Shown: piece by piece, positions 45,653 to 57,625 of the stretch | Position numbering within the stretch: position 1 is the stretch's first letter | Layout of the letters: each line of letters opens with the position of its first letter | DNA from: Diplonema japonicum | Lineage: Eukaryota; Protista; Euglenozoa: Diplonemea | Assembly: GCA_964019335.1 (NCBI GenBank) | Contig: OZ025650.1 | Location: 62,001 to 126,000 of the forward strand | Direction of reading: 5' to 3' | Length of the DNA: 64,000 nucleotides | The notes under the pieces: generated by a model | Told to the model about the DNA's origin: nothing | Seen by the model: only the letters and a program-made list of their open reading frames with translations | Databases searched by the model: none | Position numbers and translations under genes: made by a program

Positions 45653-45858
45653 AAGAGGTGGCTTTTTGAAGGTGAAGGCTGGGGGGGATGAGAAATAAAT
45701 GTGAACAGTATAATCTTTTTTTTTTTAAGCCACTGGGAAGAGAAAATAAAATATAAAAAGAATAAAGGGAAATAAAAACACATTAGTGCACATTGGAATG
45801 GTTGGGGATGGTAGCAAAAAGAGAGAAAAAAATGGGAGATATAAAAAAAAAAAGAAAA

Positions 45859-46240
45859 CTCAAAGTACAGGACAAGCCCCCGCTAGAGGGCCGCCCTATG
45901 GGAGGGGGGGGTCTATCTGTTAATACTCCCCTTCTGGAGCATTGCTTTCATCCCGATCGTGGCTGTGAGCGTCTTGCGAAGTCGAGTGATGCGATCCCGC
46001 TTGTAGGCGGCCTTCAAATCCATCAGCTTGTCGTGCGTGGACTGGGTAGCAAAAATGGGCCTCCGGAGAAGCCTATATAGCCCCTGTATAGCTGCCATTC
46101 CTCCTATGGCATGAGGGACTTCACCCTTTTCTGCTCATCCGCTGGGAAGGGGCGTCGCTTCTTCCGTGCCCTGCACGCTGCGTGAGGAGATAAGGTGGGA
46201 TCTCGCCGAAGGCAGTCCGCGGGTGAGAAAATGATAGAGG
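45859..46240. repeat. Dispersed repeat, longer copy (possible retroelement 3' remnant)
   Basis: Starts at the same base as 3591-3702 and continues about 250 bp of GC-rich sequence with a broken minus-strand ORF ending MLQKGSINR*; right boundary approximate. Confidence 0.65.
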
Positions 46241-46840
46241 TTCTTTTTTTTCGTTTTTCTTTTGTCTCCCTCTCTCTCTTTTTTCGTTTTTTTTTTTAAT
46301 TCTCTTTTCATCACCCTCCCATGGACGTACTCTAGCGTCAGAATAAAAAAAAGGAGGGGAGAGAAAGAGAAGGGGGGAATTAAAAGAAAAAGTGGCAGAA
46401 ATGAAGGAAGAAAAAAAAATGGAATATAGTCGTAAACTTCACTTGACCCTGGAAAATAAAAATAAAGTAAAGAAGCTATTCAGAACAAAAAGAAGAATGG
46501 AAAATAAAAAAAACGGACAATTAAAAAAAAAAACATCATCATTTCCTTTTTTAAGTTACAGTAAATTACAACAACAAAAAAAAGAACCCAAAAATAAAAA
46601 TAAAAATCCCTGCTTTTTTCCTTCTTCCCTGCGTATTCGATACGAGTGGCTACCTTGAAAAAAAAGAACTTTTTTAAATTCACAATGATGGGAGGGGAGG
46701 GCGAATTCAGACCGGTTGTTTTTCTTTTTTTTTTTTTTTTTTTTTTTTGCGCGTAAAAAAAAAAAATGTCGATGTCACACGCATGTCACATGAAAAAATA
46801 AAAAAAATAAAAAGAGGAAAGGGAAAAGGGGCCAGTGAAA

Positions 46841-46898
46841 CAAAACAAAAACAAAAACAAAAACAAAAACAAAAACAAAAACAAAAACAAAAACAAAA
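46841..46898. repeat. (CAAAAA)n microsatellite
   Basis: About 9 tandem units; reads (TTTTTG)n just 3' of the ETF-QO stop; shorter arrays near 2803-2820 and 39380-39402. Confidence 0.9.
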
Positions 46899-46937
46899 GA
46901 TTTAAAATAAAAATAAAAAAAAAACAATCTTTTCTAT

Positions 46938-48767
46938 CTACATGGTTGCATCGTAGTTGGGGCCGCCACCGCCCTCTGGCACCGTCCAGTTGATGTTGTC
47001 GTTCTTAATATCACATGCTTTGCAGTGGAGGCAGTTTTGGGCAGAGATGCTGAGGTCTTTGGCTCCGTTTTTTTCCACGTACTCGTAAACTCCAGCAGGG
47101 CAGAACTTGGCAAGGGTGCCACCATACACTTCAAGGTCAATTTTAGCAGCGTTCTCCCACACCTTGGGCTTCAAATGCGCCGGCTGGTCACCTTCGTGGT
47201 TTGTCTGCGATCTGGAGTGGTTCGTGAGCAAATCGAAAGTGATCTTCCCATCGGGCTTCGGGTACTCGATCTCTTTGCACTGCTCAATAGGCAGATGGCA
47301 CTCGTGGTCCTCATGCTTGTGCTTCAGGTTCACCGGCTCCAACCCCTTCGTCACCATCTCCGTCACACCCGTGTACATCACACCCGGCCAGAAGCTCTTT
47401 GCAAACACCTGGCGCACGTTCCTTACCCTGTTTTGTTTTGTCTTTCCTCCCGATTCTCTCGTTTATTCCATACTTGTGAAGCTCCTTGTACAGCCAGGAC
47501 TCTTCGAATCTCGCCCTGTAGCTGCTCACCTCTTCACCGTACTCGCCCTCCTTCTCTTTGAAGACATCGTCATAGAGCGCCTCCGCCGCAAGCATGCCTG
47601 ACTTCATGGCGGTGTGGGTGCCCTTGATCTTCGGCAGGTTCAAGAAACCCGCGGTGTCGCCCACCTAAGGTAAGGATGCATTGCATATTTTATTTTATCT
47701 CATACCAAAACACCACCTGGGAAGGTCAGCTTAGGGAGGGACAGCAGCCCCCCCTCGCTGAGGGTCCTCGCACCGTAGGACACGCATGTACCGCCCTCGA
47801 GGACGTTGCTAATCTCAGGGTGCGTCTTCCACTTCTGCATTTCCATGTAGGGTCTGATGTAGGAGTTTTGGTAGTCAAGCCCTGTCACGAAGCCCACGGA
47901 CACCATGTTGTTGCCCATGTGGTACATCCACGAACCGCCATAAGTGTTGATGTGGCCCTCCGCCTTGGTGGTCGGCCACCCGACCGTGTGACGCACAAGC
48001 CCTTCACGGTGCTTTGCGGGGTCGACCTCCCACAGCTCCTTGATACCAATGCCGTAGGTCTGGTACTGGCTGTCCTTGCGGAGGTCGTACTTGTTGAAGA
48101 GCTGCTTGGTGACGGAGCCCCTGCAACCCTCGGCGAAGACGGTCTGCTTTGCCCTGAGGATCATGCCCGGCTGGTAGACGTCCTTCTTGGTGCCGCTCTT
48201 GGAGACACCCTTGTCGTCGGTGATGATGCCGACCACCCTGCCCTCCTCGTCGTAGAGGGGCTCTGCCGCCGCAAAGCCAGGGAACACATCAACACCGAGC
48301 TCACCTGCCTGCTCGCCGAGCCAGGCGCACAGCTCACCGAGGCTGATGAGGTAGTTGCCGTGGTTGTTGAGGCCACCGGGAATCAGCATGCTGGGGACGC
48401 TGTAGGACCCGCCTTTGGTCAAGAGCATGAACTCGTCGGCGTTCACCTGTGTGTGCAGGGGGGCGCCCTTCTCGGACCAGTCGGGGATCAGCTCGGTTAG
48501 GGAATGCGGCTCGATGCACGCACCAGACAGGATGTGCGCCCCGATCATGCTACCCTTTTCTATCAAACACACGTTCAGCTCTCTGTCACCGTCCTCAGCA
48601 GCAAGCTGCTTAAGTTTGATCGCAGTGCTCAGACCACTGGGACCACCACCCACCACCACCACATCGTACTCCATCTCGTCACGCTCCACGTCGCTGCACC
48701 ACCTCGCGGCCTGTGCCCAGTTCCTCGAAAGGGGGGCCACACCCCTACGGAACATACTTCGCATCAT
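46938..48767 (-). CDS. ETFDH: Electron transfer flavoprotein-ubiquinone oxidoreductase, 2 introns (47665-47705, 47428-47473)
   Basis: DVVVVGGGPSGL, EKGSMIGAHILSGA, GDTAGFLNLPKIKGTHTAMKSG, FCPAGVYE, NCLHCKACDIK, WTVPEGGGGPNY. Confidence 0.97.
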
Positions 48768-48856
48768 GTTTTCTTTTTCCTTTTCTTCTTCCTGCTGTGG
48801 CGTTACGTGGTGCTCAAGAATAAAGATGAAGAGCGATCGTTATCGACGTAAGTCGG

Positions 48857-48908
48857 CTGCAGGGGCATTAATGGGAAAAGGGGAAAAGGGGAAAAGGGGA
48901 AAAGGGAA
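48857..48908 (-). promoter_or_regulatory. Putative trans-splice acceptor for ETF-QO
   Basis: Minus strand (CCCCTTTT)n pyrimidine tract followed by ...CCCCTGCAG about 90 nt before the ATG. Confidence 0.4.
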
Positions 48909-50083
48909 TACCATGAACACTCACTGCCACCACTGCCATGCTGGCAAGCTGTGTGAACAAAAAAAGCAACCCACACAAACCAGCCTCGTCGATACCCCCA
49001 CCCCCCGTACTGTATTAACTTGCAGAGCCGGTGACAGTAGTGACAGTAGCCATACTTCGGGAACCTCGTCCCTCGCGATGGTGCTGGACCATAGATACCC
49101 TCTCCAAGCCCTCCTGATGCGATGTGCGTATATGTGAGAGGTTGTCGGTGATGAGAAAGATAAGAGAAAGAAAATAAAAAGAAGAAAAGAAAGAAAGTTC
49201 TTGTTTCTGAGTGGAAAAGATGTCCTTGTATTTTCAAAACTTTTTTTTGCCATTTTTTCTTTTTAAGATTCAAAGCGAGAAGGAAAAGACAAGTAAGGAA
49301 GGGTGGGGGAACGAGCTGCGAAAAAATCAACTGACACAGAAAGACAAAGAAAAAAAGGACTTAACGGCTAAGAGTTTCTGGACAGCTTCTCTTTGTTTTT
49401 GTACCCCATCCCTGTGCGAAGGGGGAAAAGTATTCTTGCGGTTAAAAAAAAAAAATAGGGGGGTCATGGGAGGAAAAAAAGAGAGGAAATAGATCGCGGC
49501 TTTCAAGTAGGAAAGCTCTCTCTTCCCCCCCTTTTCGCGGTTTTAGCCCTGCCCCCCTTTTTTGTAATCATTGGGTAGTGGAATAATGTTTTGAAAACAA
49601 AGGGTGAGAGGAGAGGAGGATGGTAAAAAAAAAAAAAGAAGAAAAAAATCATTAAGCGGTTCCTGCACATAAAAAGAAATGAAAAGTCGAGCCAATAATA
49701 TAATTCCTTTAGGTAATTCCTTAAGACTTTTACTATGGTCTCGTTTTCATTTGCGTGGTTTGCTTTCAGAAGGGGAAACAGAAGAGAGAGAAAAAGAAAG
49801 GGGAAAAAAAAAAAAAGAACTATAGCAAAAGAAGACAAAAAACCAAGTTTCAAAAAAGAAAAGGAAAAGCAACAATACCCCCCCCCCCCCCCCCTCACCT
49901 TTTTTCTTTTTGTTTCCCTTTTCTTTTTCTCTCTCTTTCGTTTTCTTTATTTCTCCTAGTAGTATAATACAACAAAATTGGGGAGGGGATCAGAAAAATA
50001 AAAAAGGTTTCTCTCTCTCTCTTTTTTTTTTTTTTTTTTTTTGGTGTAAATGAAAATTCTCTTTTTTTTGTGTAATGTTGTCA

Positions 50084-50461
50084 TCAGACCTTTCGAGGTC
50101 TGGGCTTGCGTCTCACCCTCCTTGGGAGCTCGTAGGGTTCGAATTTCTCTTCTTCCTCACTCTCAAAGCTCTCTGAGGCCACTGGCCGGACAAGTTGCAT
50201 CTGCATAAAATCAATATAGTGCTCCTCCTCCTCTATTATTATCCTTCCCACCGGCTTGTCCTCAGTTGCACACTCCAGCTCATTATCGACATTCTTACTC
50301 TTTTCCAAGGAGAGGTTCACCCACCTTCCAGCTTTGCTCTGAACTGACCAGTAATTAGAATGCCCAGGGTTAATCAAATTAGTGTAAACCGTCGCACCCA
50401 GAAACGTAGCCGTGACAGGAAGGCTTGCACCCAATACAACTGGTATTAGAAAGGCTGGCAT
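50084..50461 (-). CDS. Small hypothetical protein with hydrophobic N-terminus
   Basis: 125-aa ORF MPAFLIPVVLGASLPV..., acidic then basic tail, A-rich leader. Confidence 0.55.
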   Translation of the reverse strand: MPAFLIPVVLGASLPVTATFLGATVYTNLINPGHSNYWSVQSKAGRWVNLSLEKSKNVDNELECATEDKPVGRIIIEEEEHYIDFMQMQLVRPVASESFESEEEEKFEPYELPRRVRRKPRPRKV

Positions 50462-51320
50462 TTTCTGTTCTTTTATTTTTTTTTTCTCCCTCCCTCTTTC
50501 AAGGACGCTTTTTTTTTTTTCTTTTTTTTTACTCTGAACGGGATGAGATTATAATATATCAAGAAGGTGGGCGAAGTGGAAGGGGGGATGGGGAAGGGGA
50601 AAAAAATAGCAAAAAAAAAAAAAAAGAGTCGGGCAGCATGAAATTTCACTATTTCGTTGTGGTGGGTGGGACAAAAGACGGCTTTCTTTTTTTTTTACCC
50701 TCCTCAATTTTACTTTAGTATCCCATTAGGGTTGGGGGTGGGGCCTTCCCCCCCCCCCCCCCCCCCCCCCAACTTAGCACATGACTTAGCAAAAAGTTCC
50801 AAAGCTGGCTTTTCAGAACATAAAATTGAAAGCTAATAAAAGAAAAATAAATCGGTACGAGTTCCCCCCTATGGAGGGCATGACTGTCAAGAGTCCATCA
50901 GGGTAGGACCTTGTGGCACACATTTTATGACCGAGGCAATGAGGGAAATAGGTGTGTGTGTGGGTGGAGTCGGCTGATTGTTATGTTCCTCAAATAAAAA
51001 AAAAAAAACCCCTCCCTCCTCCTGTGGCCCGTTGTGTGTAATAAAATGACCCTTCTTCTTCTCTTCCTTCATGCAAGCATTTCAGCAGTTCTATCCATTG
51101 GAACAATTGAAAAGCCCCTTTTTATTTTCTCTCTTCTTTCCTTTTTCTTTTTCTCTGCAGGAGAGGGTACAGGGAGAAACAAAAACTTTACTTAAAATGG
51201 GAAGGTGAGAGAAAGGGGGAAAAAAAAATGAAAGAACGGGTCGACTTATTAAATCTAATTACCCTCCGTCCCCCCCCCCCACTTTTCTTCGTCTGATGGT
51301 TTCTTCTGCTTTTTTCAAGT

Positions 51321-53331
51321 TCACGAGGTGCTATTGTTATTGAGGTAGGCGGACCTGCCTAAGTTCAGGCCGTGGGTGCCTTGCATGGGCACTGTTGGCT
51401 GTGTGTATGCTGGGATGTAGCTGCTCTGTGCTTGCCACTGCTGAGTGCCGGGCTGCTGCCACTGCTGCTGTTTCGGCTGTGACATCAACGACACTGTCTG
51501 GAAAGGAGTCGCAGCAGCATTATAGGCCGTCATGTTACCGAGGTACGGCTGCTGCCCTTGGTTGCCCGCGATGTTCTGGTACCCAAAATTCTGTATTTTT
51601 AATGAATTACAGATTCCCCCTCCCCCTCCCCTATCTACCTGCACATTGGGCTGCTGAGGGTACCCCTGCTGCAAAATCTTCATTCCCTGATGACCACCGG
51701 CAGGCGCTGCTTGGATCTGCGTGGGGAGTGTGCTCTGCCTACTGTCCACCTGAACCTGATGCACCGCAGCTGGCGCCTTAAACGTGTTGTTCCACATCAT
51801 AGGCTGGTAGTGCTGCTGCTGTTGCTGCTGGAATACTTGCTGCTGCTGCTGAGGCTGCTGGGGCACGGGCCTCTGGTGCCTTCTCTTCCCGTTGCCGTTT
51901 GCAGTGCCAAAGTTGAAGTTCTGGGTGTCCACGTACATGGCGTTGACGTCCTGCAGGCCTTGTGTCAAGGGCATGGGCTGATGGTAGGGCACGGGCTGCG
52001 AGGACACAGGGGGCGCCTGGGGGATGTGCTCAGGGGTGTCAGGAGGCTCCAGCATATCTGCGGTTCGAATTTTGATATACAGGAACAAAGGACATACCAG
52101 CGAGGTCCGTCAGGTGTTGCTTCTCCATCTCGTGGTCTTCGATGGGCATCGGCGGCGGTGTGGGAGGGGGGAGAGGCGGAGGCTGCACCAGCTGCGTAGG
52201 CGGAAGTGAGTCGGGCGGAGGAGGTGCTGCTTCCTGCGGAGGTGGAACAGGAGGGGCCACTTCGGAGGGAGGGGCGGGAGGAGCGGGCTCTGCAGGAGTT
52301 TCGAAAACAGCAGAGAGGCCGATTGCGGAGGGAGCGGTTGATGCAGTTGTCTTGGCCCCCTTGCCGGACCCCTTTTTCCCCCTCTTCCCTCCTGCTCCGG
52401 GTGCATCAACAACACGCACCGCTACCTTCTTAACATCCTCAGGAGGAGGCAGAGGGACAAACGGCGTTTCCTCAGCAGCTTCCACAGGAACAGCAACCTC
52501 CTGTGGAAGTGCTTCAGGCGAGGGAGGTGGGGGAGGGTTGTGTGCTGCAGCAGCCTTTTCAGCCCAAGTTTGCTTCTTGCCATCTTGTTGCTGTTGTTGT
52601 TGCTGTGGCTGTTGTTGCTCAACCTGCTGCTTCGGCACCTGCTTTGGTCGGATGCTCTGCAGGAAGGTGTCCTCGACCTCTTTGGGCTTCTTCTTGTTGG
52701 ATGCCTTCTTGCTCTTCTTGGTGTCATCATGTTCTTTGGACTGCCTGGTGAGAAGACGGGTTTCGTCGTCGTAGCGTGACTTCTCGCTCATCTGCATGGC
52801 TAGCTCTAAGTCCAGTTTGAAGCGCTCGTCTAGGTCCCCCTCACCGCCGTGGGGGGTGAAGCGCTTAAGCTTCAGTTTCTTTGGCCTGTCTCTCAGCTCT
52901 TCTTCGGTGAATTCTTTCTTCTTTTTCGGCTTCTTTTTTTTCTTGGGCTTTTCCTTTTCTTCTGCAGACAGCTCTGCCGCCGATTCAGAGGCCACAGAAG
53001 GGGGACTCTCTTCCTTTTCCTCCTCCACCTTTCCTACTTCGGCATCAATCTCCTTTACTTCCTCCTCGGGTTCTTTTTCTTCTTTCACCGGTACCTCGTT
53101 GTTCTTCAAAACCACTTCCTCGATGGGCAGTTCCTCCCCCGCAGCCTTCTTCTTCTTCTTCTTTTTTTTCTTCCCAGTTTTTTCCTGAACCGCTTCGGTA
53201 TGCTGCACCTTTGGTGTGCATTTTTGTTTTGCCTCCTTCACAGCTTCCTTCACTGCAGGTAACTCCCAACCAAGTAGCGCAAAAATACAGGCTTGCAACA
53301 TTGCAAGTAATCGTTGCAAGAAGCCTAACAT
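51321..53331 (-). CDS. Low-complexity K/E-, P- and Q-rich protein with N-terminal hydrophobic anchor, 2 introns (52058-52097, 51591-51638)
   Basis: GTATGT...CCGCAG intron joins the 430-aa and 255-aa ORFs; UIM-like DLELAMQMS; second intron is in-frame and less certain. Confidence 0.65.
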
Positions 53332-54203
53332 CTTGTGCCCTTTTTTTTTCCCCTCTTTTTTTTTATTTGTTTCTTTTCTGACTGGGTTCTATTTGTATTT
53401 TTTGTTTTTAAACGTCGGGCATAGAGAGAAAAAGAAAAAAAAAAGGAAAGAAAAAGGTGGTGGAAAAATAAGAGAGTAGAAAATAAAATAAAAATAAAAT
53501 AAAAGGGACCTCCCACATTATTGCATAACATAAAGAAAAGAAAAGACAAAAAAAATGGAAATAGGAAAAAAAAGAAAACGAAAAGAAGCAGTGTCTTTTT
53601 CTTTTTCCTAGAGGAAAAAAAAAGGGTCGGAAAACCACCATCAAAATAAGCCCCCCTTCACCTACTTGATCACTGTGGAAAGGGGGGGAAACAGAGACAA
53701 GTATCATTCCCTCCCCCCCCCCTTTTTTTGTTGAAAACCCTTCTTGTTCCCTTCATATATGACTATATGCTCTCTTACTTTCGTTGACCTGAATTCTCTT
53801 AGCAGCTACTACGCCCATTCCAGAACGAGAACAAAAGCAAAAAAGGATTCTTTATTTTATTTCTTTTAAAACGGATTTAGTTAAAATGCTGCAAAACAAC
53901 AAAGAAAAATTCAGGGGGACAAAAAAAAAGAAAAAAAAAGAAAAACGGAGTGCAAGGGATGTCACTGTTCAAAAAATAAATTCACACTGTTTCATTAGCC
54001 GTGTTCTTTCGGGCTTCTCTCAGAATGTCAGGTGTGCGCCCCCCCCCCCCCCCCCCCCCCCCCGCTTCCCCCGCTTTGGAGTAGGTAGGGAAAGTACTAT
54101 CATCCCACCTTTACCGTGTTTCTCTCCGAAGCCTACACGTAATAGGAGGACTGCTAACAAAGAAAACCCCTCTCCCAAAAAAGACCATCAAATTTGAGAT
54201 CGG

Positions 54204-54236
<33 letters not shown>

Positions 54237-54482
54237 AGAAACACACGAACCATAACAGATACTTTTATCTACTTTCTCTCTCTTTAAAAGTCAGTCCGTT
54301 GTGTCGAAGCCCAACGTTGTATATACAGACAGGCGATGGGAGGGGGAAGAAAAAGGAAGCAGGGGGGACAAAAAAATAAGGGGAATGTGATTATTAAGGG
54401 GGGGGGAGAAAAGACACTTTCTTTTCAGCCCTCTTTTTTTTTTTGGTTACTATTAGTGTTTTGTTATTTGATATGCAGCTCT

Positions 54483-57212
54483 TTACAATGACCTTCTCCT
54501 CCCGTTTCTTTGAGCACGCGGCTTGGCCCACCGGACCTGTCTCAGCACCGTCCATGCTACTTTGTAATCAATCTTCTTGGTGATCCTTGGGCCTTGCATC
54601 GATCTCCGGATGACACGTTCTGCACCAGTCGAGGGCTTTGCACCTGCGCTAGGATCTGTTATCATGAAGAGAAGCTTGCTGAGACACGAGACGTAGGTCG
54701 GGGACGAAGGGGAGAGGGATCGTATGTAAGACGGGATGCCGTTGTAGTGCCGGAGAAGTGACGGCACGCTGTGGGAGGTCCCGCTGTTAGCAAAGAGTCC
54801 GTAGTACGTGCCCTCGCCGAGGATGAGGAGGGCATTGTCGTCACCGTTCAAACACGCGTCGAGCAGTATCAAAGTAGCATGGTGGTCCACCCCACGGCAC
54901 CCCAATGCCTTCAGCGGGCTTTCCTTCACCACAGCCGCCGTGGCCTTCGCCTTTGCTTTTGTCTTTGATGCAAACGCTTCCGTCGGCAACGCAGCATGTT
55001 TCGGCGGCGGAGCCACAGACACCGTCTGCGACTTCTCGGGCCACAGAGAAGGCGAAGCCACCCACTTCTTCGCACCCACCACATTGGGGTTGTTCACCTT
55101 CATTTCCTTCTCCTTGCTACTGCACTTCGTCTTCGCCGTGCTGGACATCGTCCCACTGAATACCGACTCCGGTACAGGCTTCGACGATAAGCTTGGTACC
55201 CCATTGTCAAACCGCGGCCAGTTCCTTGGCGACAACCCAAAGGCATGGACCACAGATGGCTGGTACTCATTCAATGACATCGGCCCATCGATGCTCAGCC
55301 GCCGGGTCGGGCGGTGGAACGACTTCTCTTTGAACTCACGTGGCTGCGCTGGCGGCGTGTGGCTCCGTGCCTTCCTTGGAGACTTCTGGACCTGATCCAA
55401 AATGGGGCCCATGTTGCTCTCGATGCTGGAATCTAGAGACTTATGCTTCTTGGGTTTAGGGTTCTGCCTCCAAAAGGCACTTGTAGTCTTCTGCCTTGGT
55501 GTCTGCCTTGGCGTCTTCCTTGGGGTTTGAAACCGAATCGATTTCTTTTGAGTGAGAGCAGAGAAGCTGCTGATGGGTATAAGAGTGTTCGGTGAGTGCG
55601 GGGACCTAGGAGTGAGTAGGGGCGAGTTGGGGGAGCGAGGTGACCTCGGGGATCTCATGACGGTATTTATACTTGTGAGTAGCAAGTCACTGGATGACAA
55701 CTTCGTAAGGTCGCCGGAGGAGAGCTTCGTCAGCTCCCCTGAAGAAATCTGCCTGATGATGAGCTCTCCCGAAGACCTGGCGGTGTTTGCGAATGGGCTG
55801 CCATTTGAAGGCACAAGGGGTGATTTCGGCTCTTCCTTCCTTTCCTCTGCTCTGTTGATTACCTTTGTGCATTCGGCGAGCAACTCGGCAGAGGACTCGA
55901 TGGAAAACTTCCGCTTGACTTCGCGAGGGGTGGACTCGGGGGTGGTCTGGATGATAGATGCGAGGAGGCCCCAGGAGGCACGTTTGAAAATGCTGGCCGA
56001 CTCGCCTAAGGGGAGCGTGTCAACCCTCTGCATGTTGATGTCTTCGTACTCAGAGGTGCGACGCCGCATGAAGCGGCGCCCGTTGGCCGGAACCTGAAGA
56101 GAGTTGCGAGGCGTGTTGGCAGGGCTCATTTCAAAGTTGGCGATGCTCTCCACATGTGGAATGCCGAAGGTGGATGTTTCATAGATAGACATAGTATTCT
56201 CAAAAGAATCGAGGGAGCCGACAGAGCTGCTATCCTGGCTGTCTTTGTCCTGCCAACCCATGGGCAGGGTGTGCTGTCTTGCAATGTCGATTGTAGGCGA
56301 TCTCATAAGCGGCGAGGACGGGATGAATGACTCGAGCTCGCAGATGGAGCTGAAGTGCTCTTCGATCTCGTCGTCGATGTAGCTGAGTGGCGGGATCTTC
56401 CCGTTGGATGCCGCCTTCACAGCAGCAACGACACCGCGCATGTTGTGCCTCCGCATGGACTCATTGAGGCCAGTCAGCTTTTGTAGGATGGGATCTGCGA
56501 CGGGGTCGGAAATCAGGCAGGTGTCACGGGTCATACCCGAGGACTTGCTAGCAGCTATGGTAGAATGTATAGCAGCTTCGTCGTCCTTCGTGAAACCGTT
56601 GCCCTGCATGAGGAGCCTGTTGAGAGTGGTGTTTTTGTTGAGTCCTTTGATAATTGCTTCTAAGCCGACGTCGCGCTTCTCAGTCTCGGTTAAGATGCCG
56701 CAGCACCGCACGTCTAAGGTCAGCACGGTGCTGCTGTATGAGAGAAGCGCTCCGAGACCGAGGGAGGTGATGGGGTTGTACCGCAGGGAGAGCACCTTGA
56801 TGTTGCACATCTTGGTGTTTAGGTTCTCCGCGATGGTGGGTATGCTACTCACACTTAGGGTGTTGTAAGTAAGGTCCAGCCATTCAATTTTAAGCCTCGA
56901 GAGATGCGATGTCAGGTTTGGTATGTCCTCGTCACCGATCCTGCAGAACGAGAGATCCAACTGCCGAAGACATCTCGCTTGCGCCATTTCCACAAGAGCA
57001 TCTAGTCCGTTGTGGGTGAGTCCAAACCCTTGAAGGGAGACATTTATAACCTCATTGTTATTCCTTGTCCCCAATGCCTTTGCCAACTTCCCCACCTGGG
57101 TCTCATCCAGCACTTTGAACTCATCCACCCAATTCCTTTTCACTGCGATGCTGTCCCTCGCTTGCGGTATCAACAGCTTGTCAAGAGCAACATCTAGCTC
57201 CACTGGATCCAT
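54483..57212 (-). CDS. Leucine-rich repeat (RI-like) protein with long disordered C-terminus
   Basis: LRQLDLSFCRI, IEWLDLTYNTL, IKVLSLRYNPI, NTTLNRLLMQGN. Confidence 0.8.
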   Translation of the reverse strand: MDPVELDVALDKLLIPQARDSIAVKRNWVDEFKVLDETQVGKLAKALGTRNNNEVINVSLQGFGLTHNGLDALVEMAQARCLRQLDLSFCRIGDEDIPNLTSHLSRLKIEWLDLTYNTLSVSSIPTIAENLNTKMCNIKVLSLRYNPITSLGLGALLSYSSTVLTLDVRCCGILTETEKRDVGLEAIIKGLNKNTTLNRLLMQGNGFTKDDEAAIHSTIAASKSSGMTRDTCLISDPVADPILQKLTGLNESMRRHNMRGVVAAVKAASNGKIPPLSYIDDEIEEHFSSICELESFIPSSPLMRSPTIDIARQHTLPMGWQDKDSQDSSSVGSLDSFENTMSIYETSTFGIPHVESIANFEMSPANTPRNSLQVPANGRRFMRRRTSEYEDINMQRVDTLPLGESASIFKRASWGLLASIIQTTPESTPREVKRKFSIESSAELLAECTKVINRAEERKEEPKSPLVPSNGSPFANTARSSGELIIRQISSGELTKLSSGDLTKLSSSDLLLTSINTVMRSPRSPRSPNSPLLTPRSPHSPNTLIPISSFSALTQKKSIRFQTPRKTPRQTPRQKTTSAFWRQNPKPKKHKSLDSSIESNMGPILDQVQKSPRKARSHTPPAQPREFKEKSFHRPTRRLSIDGPMSLNEYQPSVVHAFGLSPRNWPRFDNGVPSLSSKPVPESVFSGTMSSTAKTKCSSKEKEMKVNNPNVVGAKKWVASPSLWPEKSQTVSVAPPPKHAALPTEAFASKTKAKAKATAAVVKESPLKALGCRGVDHHATLILLDACLNGDDNALLILGEGTYYGLFANSGTSHSVPSLLRHYNGIPSYIRSLSPSSPTYVSCLSKLLFMITDPSAGAKPSTGAERVIRRSMQGPRITKKIDYKVAWTVLRQVRWAKPRAQRNGRRRSL

Positions 57213-57625
57213 TAAGATCCCTTTCCACCCCCCCTCCCTCCCCTCCCTCCCTCCCAGCGCCTTTGTGATGTTTCTTTTGTCAAAGTCAGGGAATAACAGT
57301 ATGGGGGCTCAACTTGAAAAAAAAAAAACTGAACACAAAGGTCTTTTTTTTCTTCACTCTCTTTCTTTTACCTTTCTTTTTTCCTGGTGATCACTTCCCC
57401 TCTTGTCATATTTGGGGGAGTTGGGAGGGGGGATGGAATGAACTAAACTAACTGGTTTTCTGGGGGGAGAGAGTCACACTATTTTTTCTTTCTTTCTAAA
57501 AAAAAGGAAGCAAAAAAATACAACAGGCAACAAAGCAAAAAGGAGAGATAAGGGGGGGGGGGGGGGGGGGGGGGGGGAGGCAAAGTACAATTCGACCCCC
57601 CCGACTATTGGGGTGAGTAAGTACT

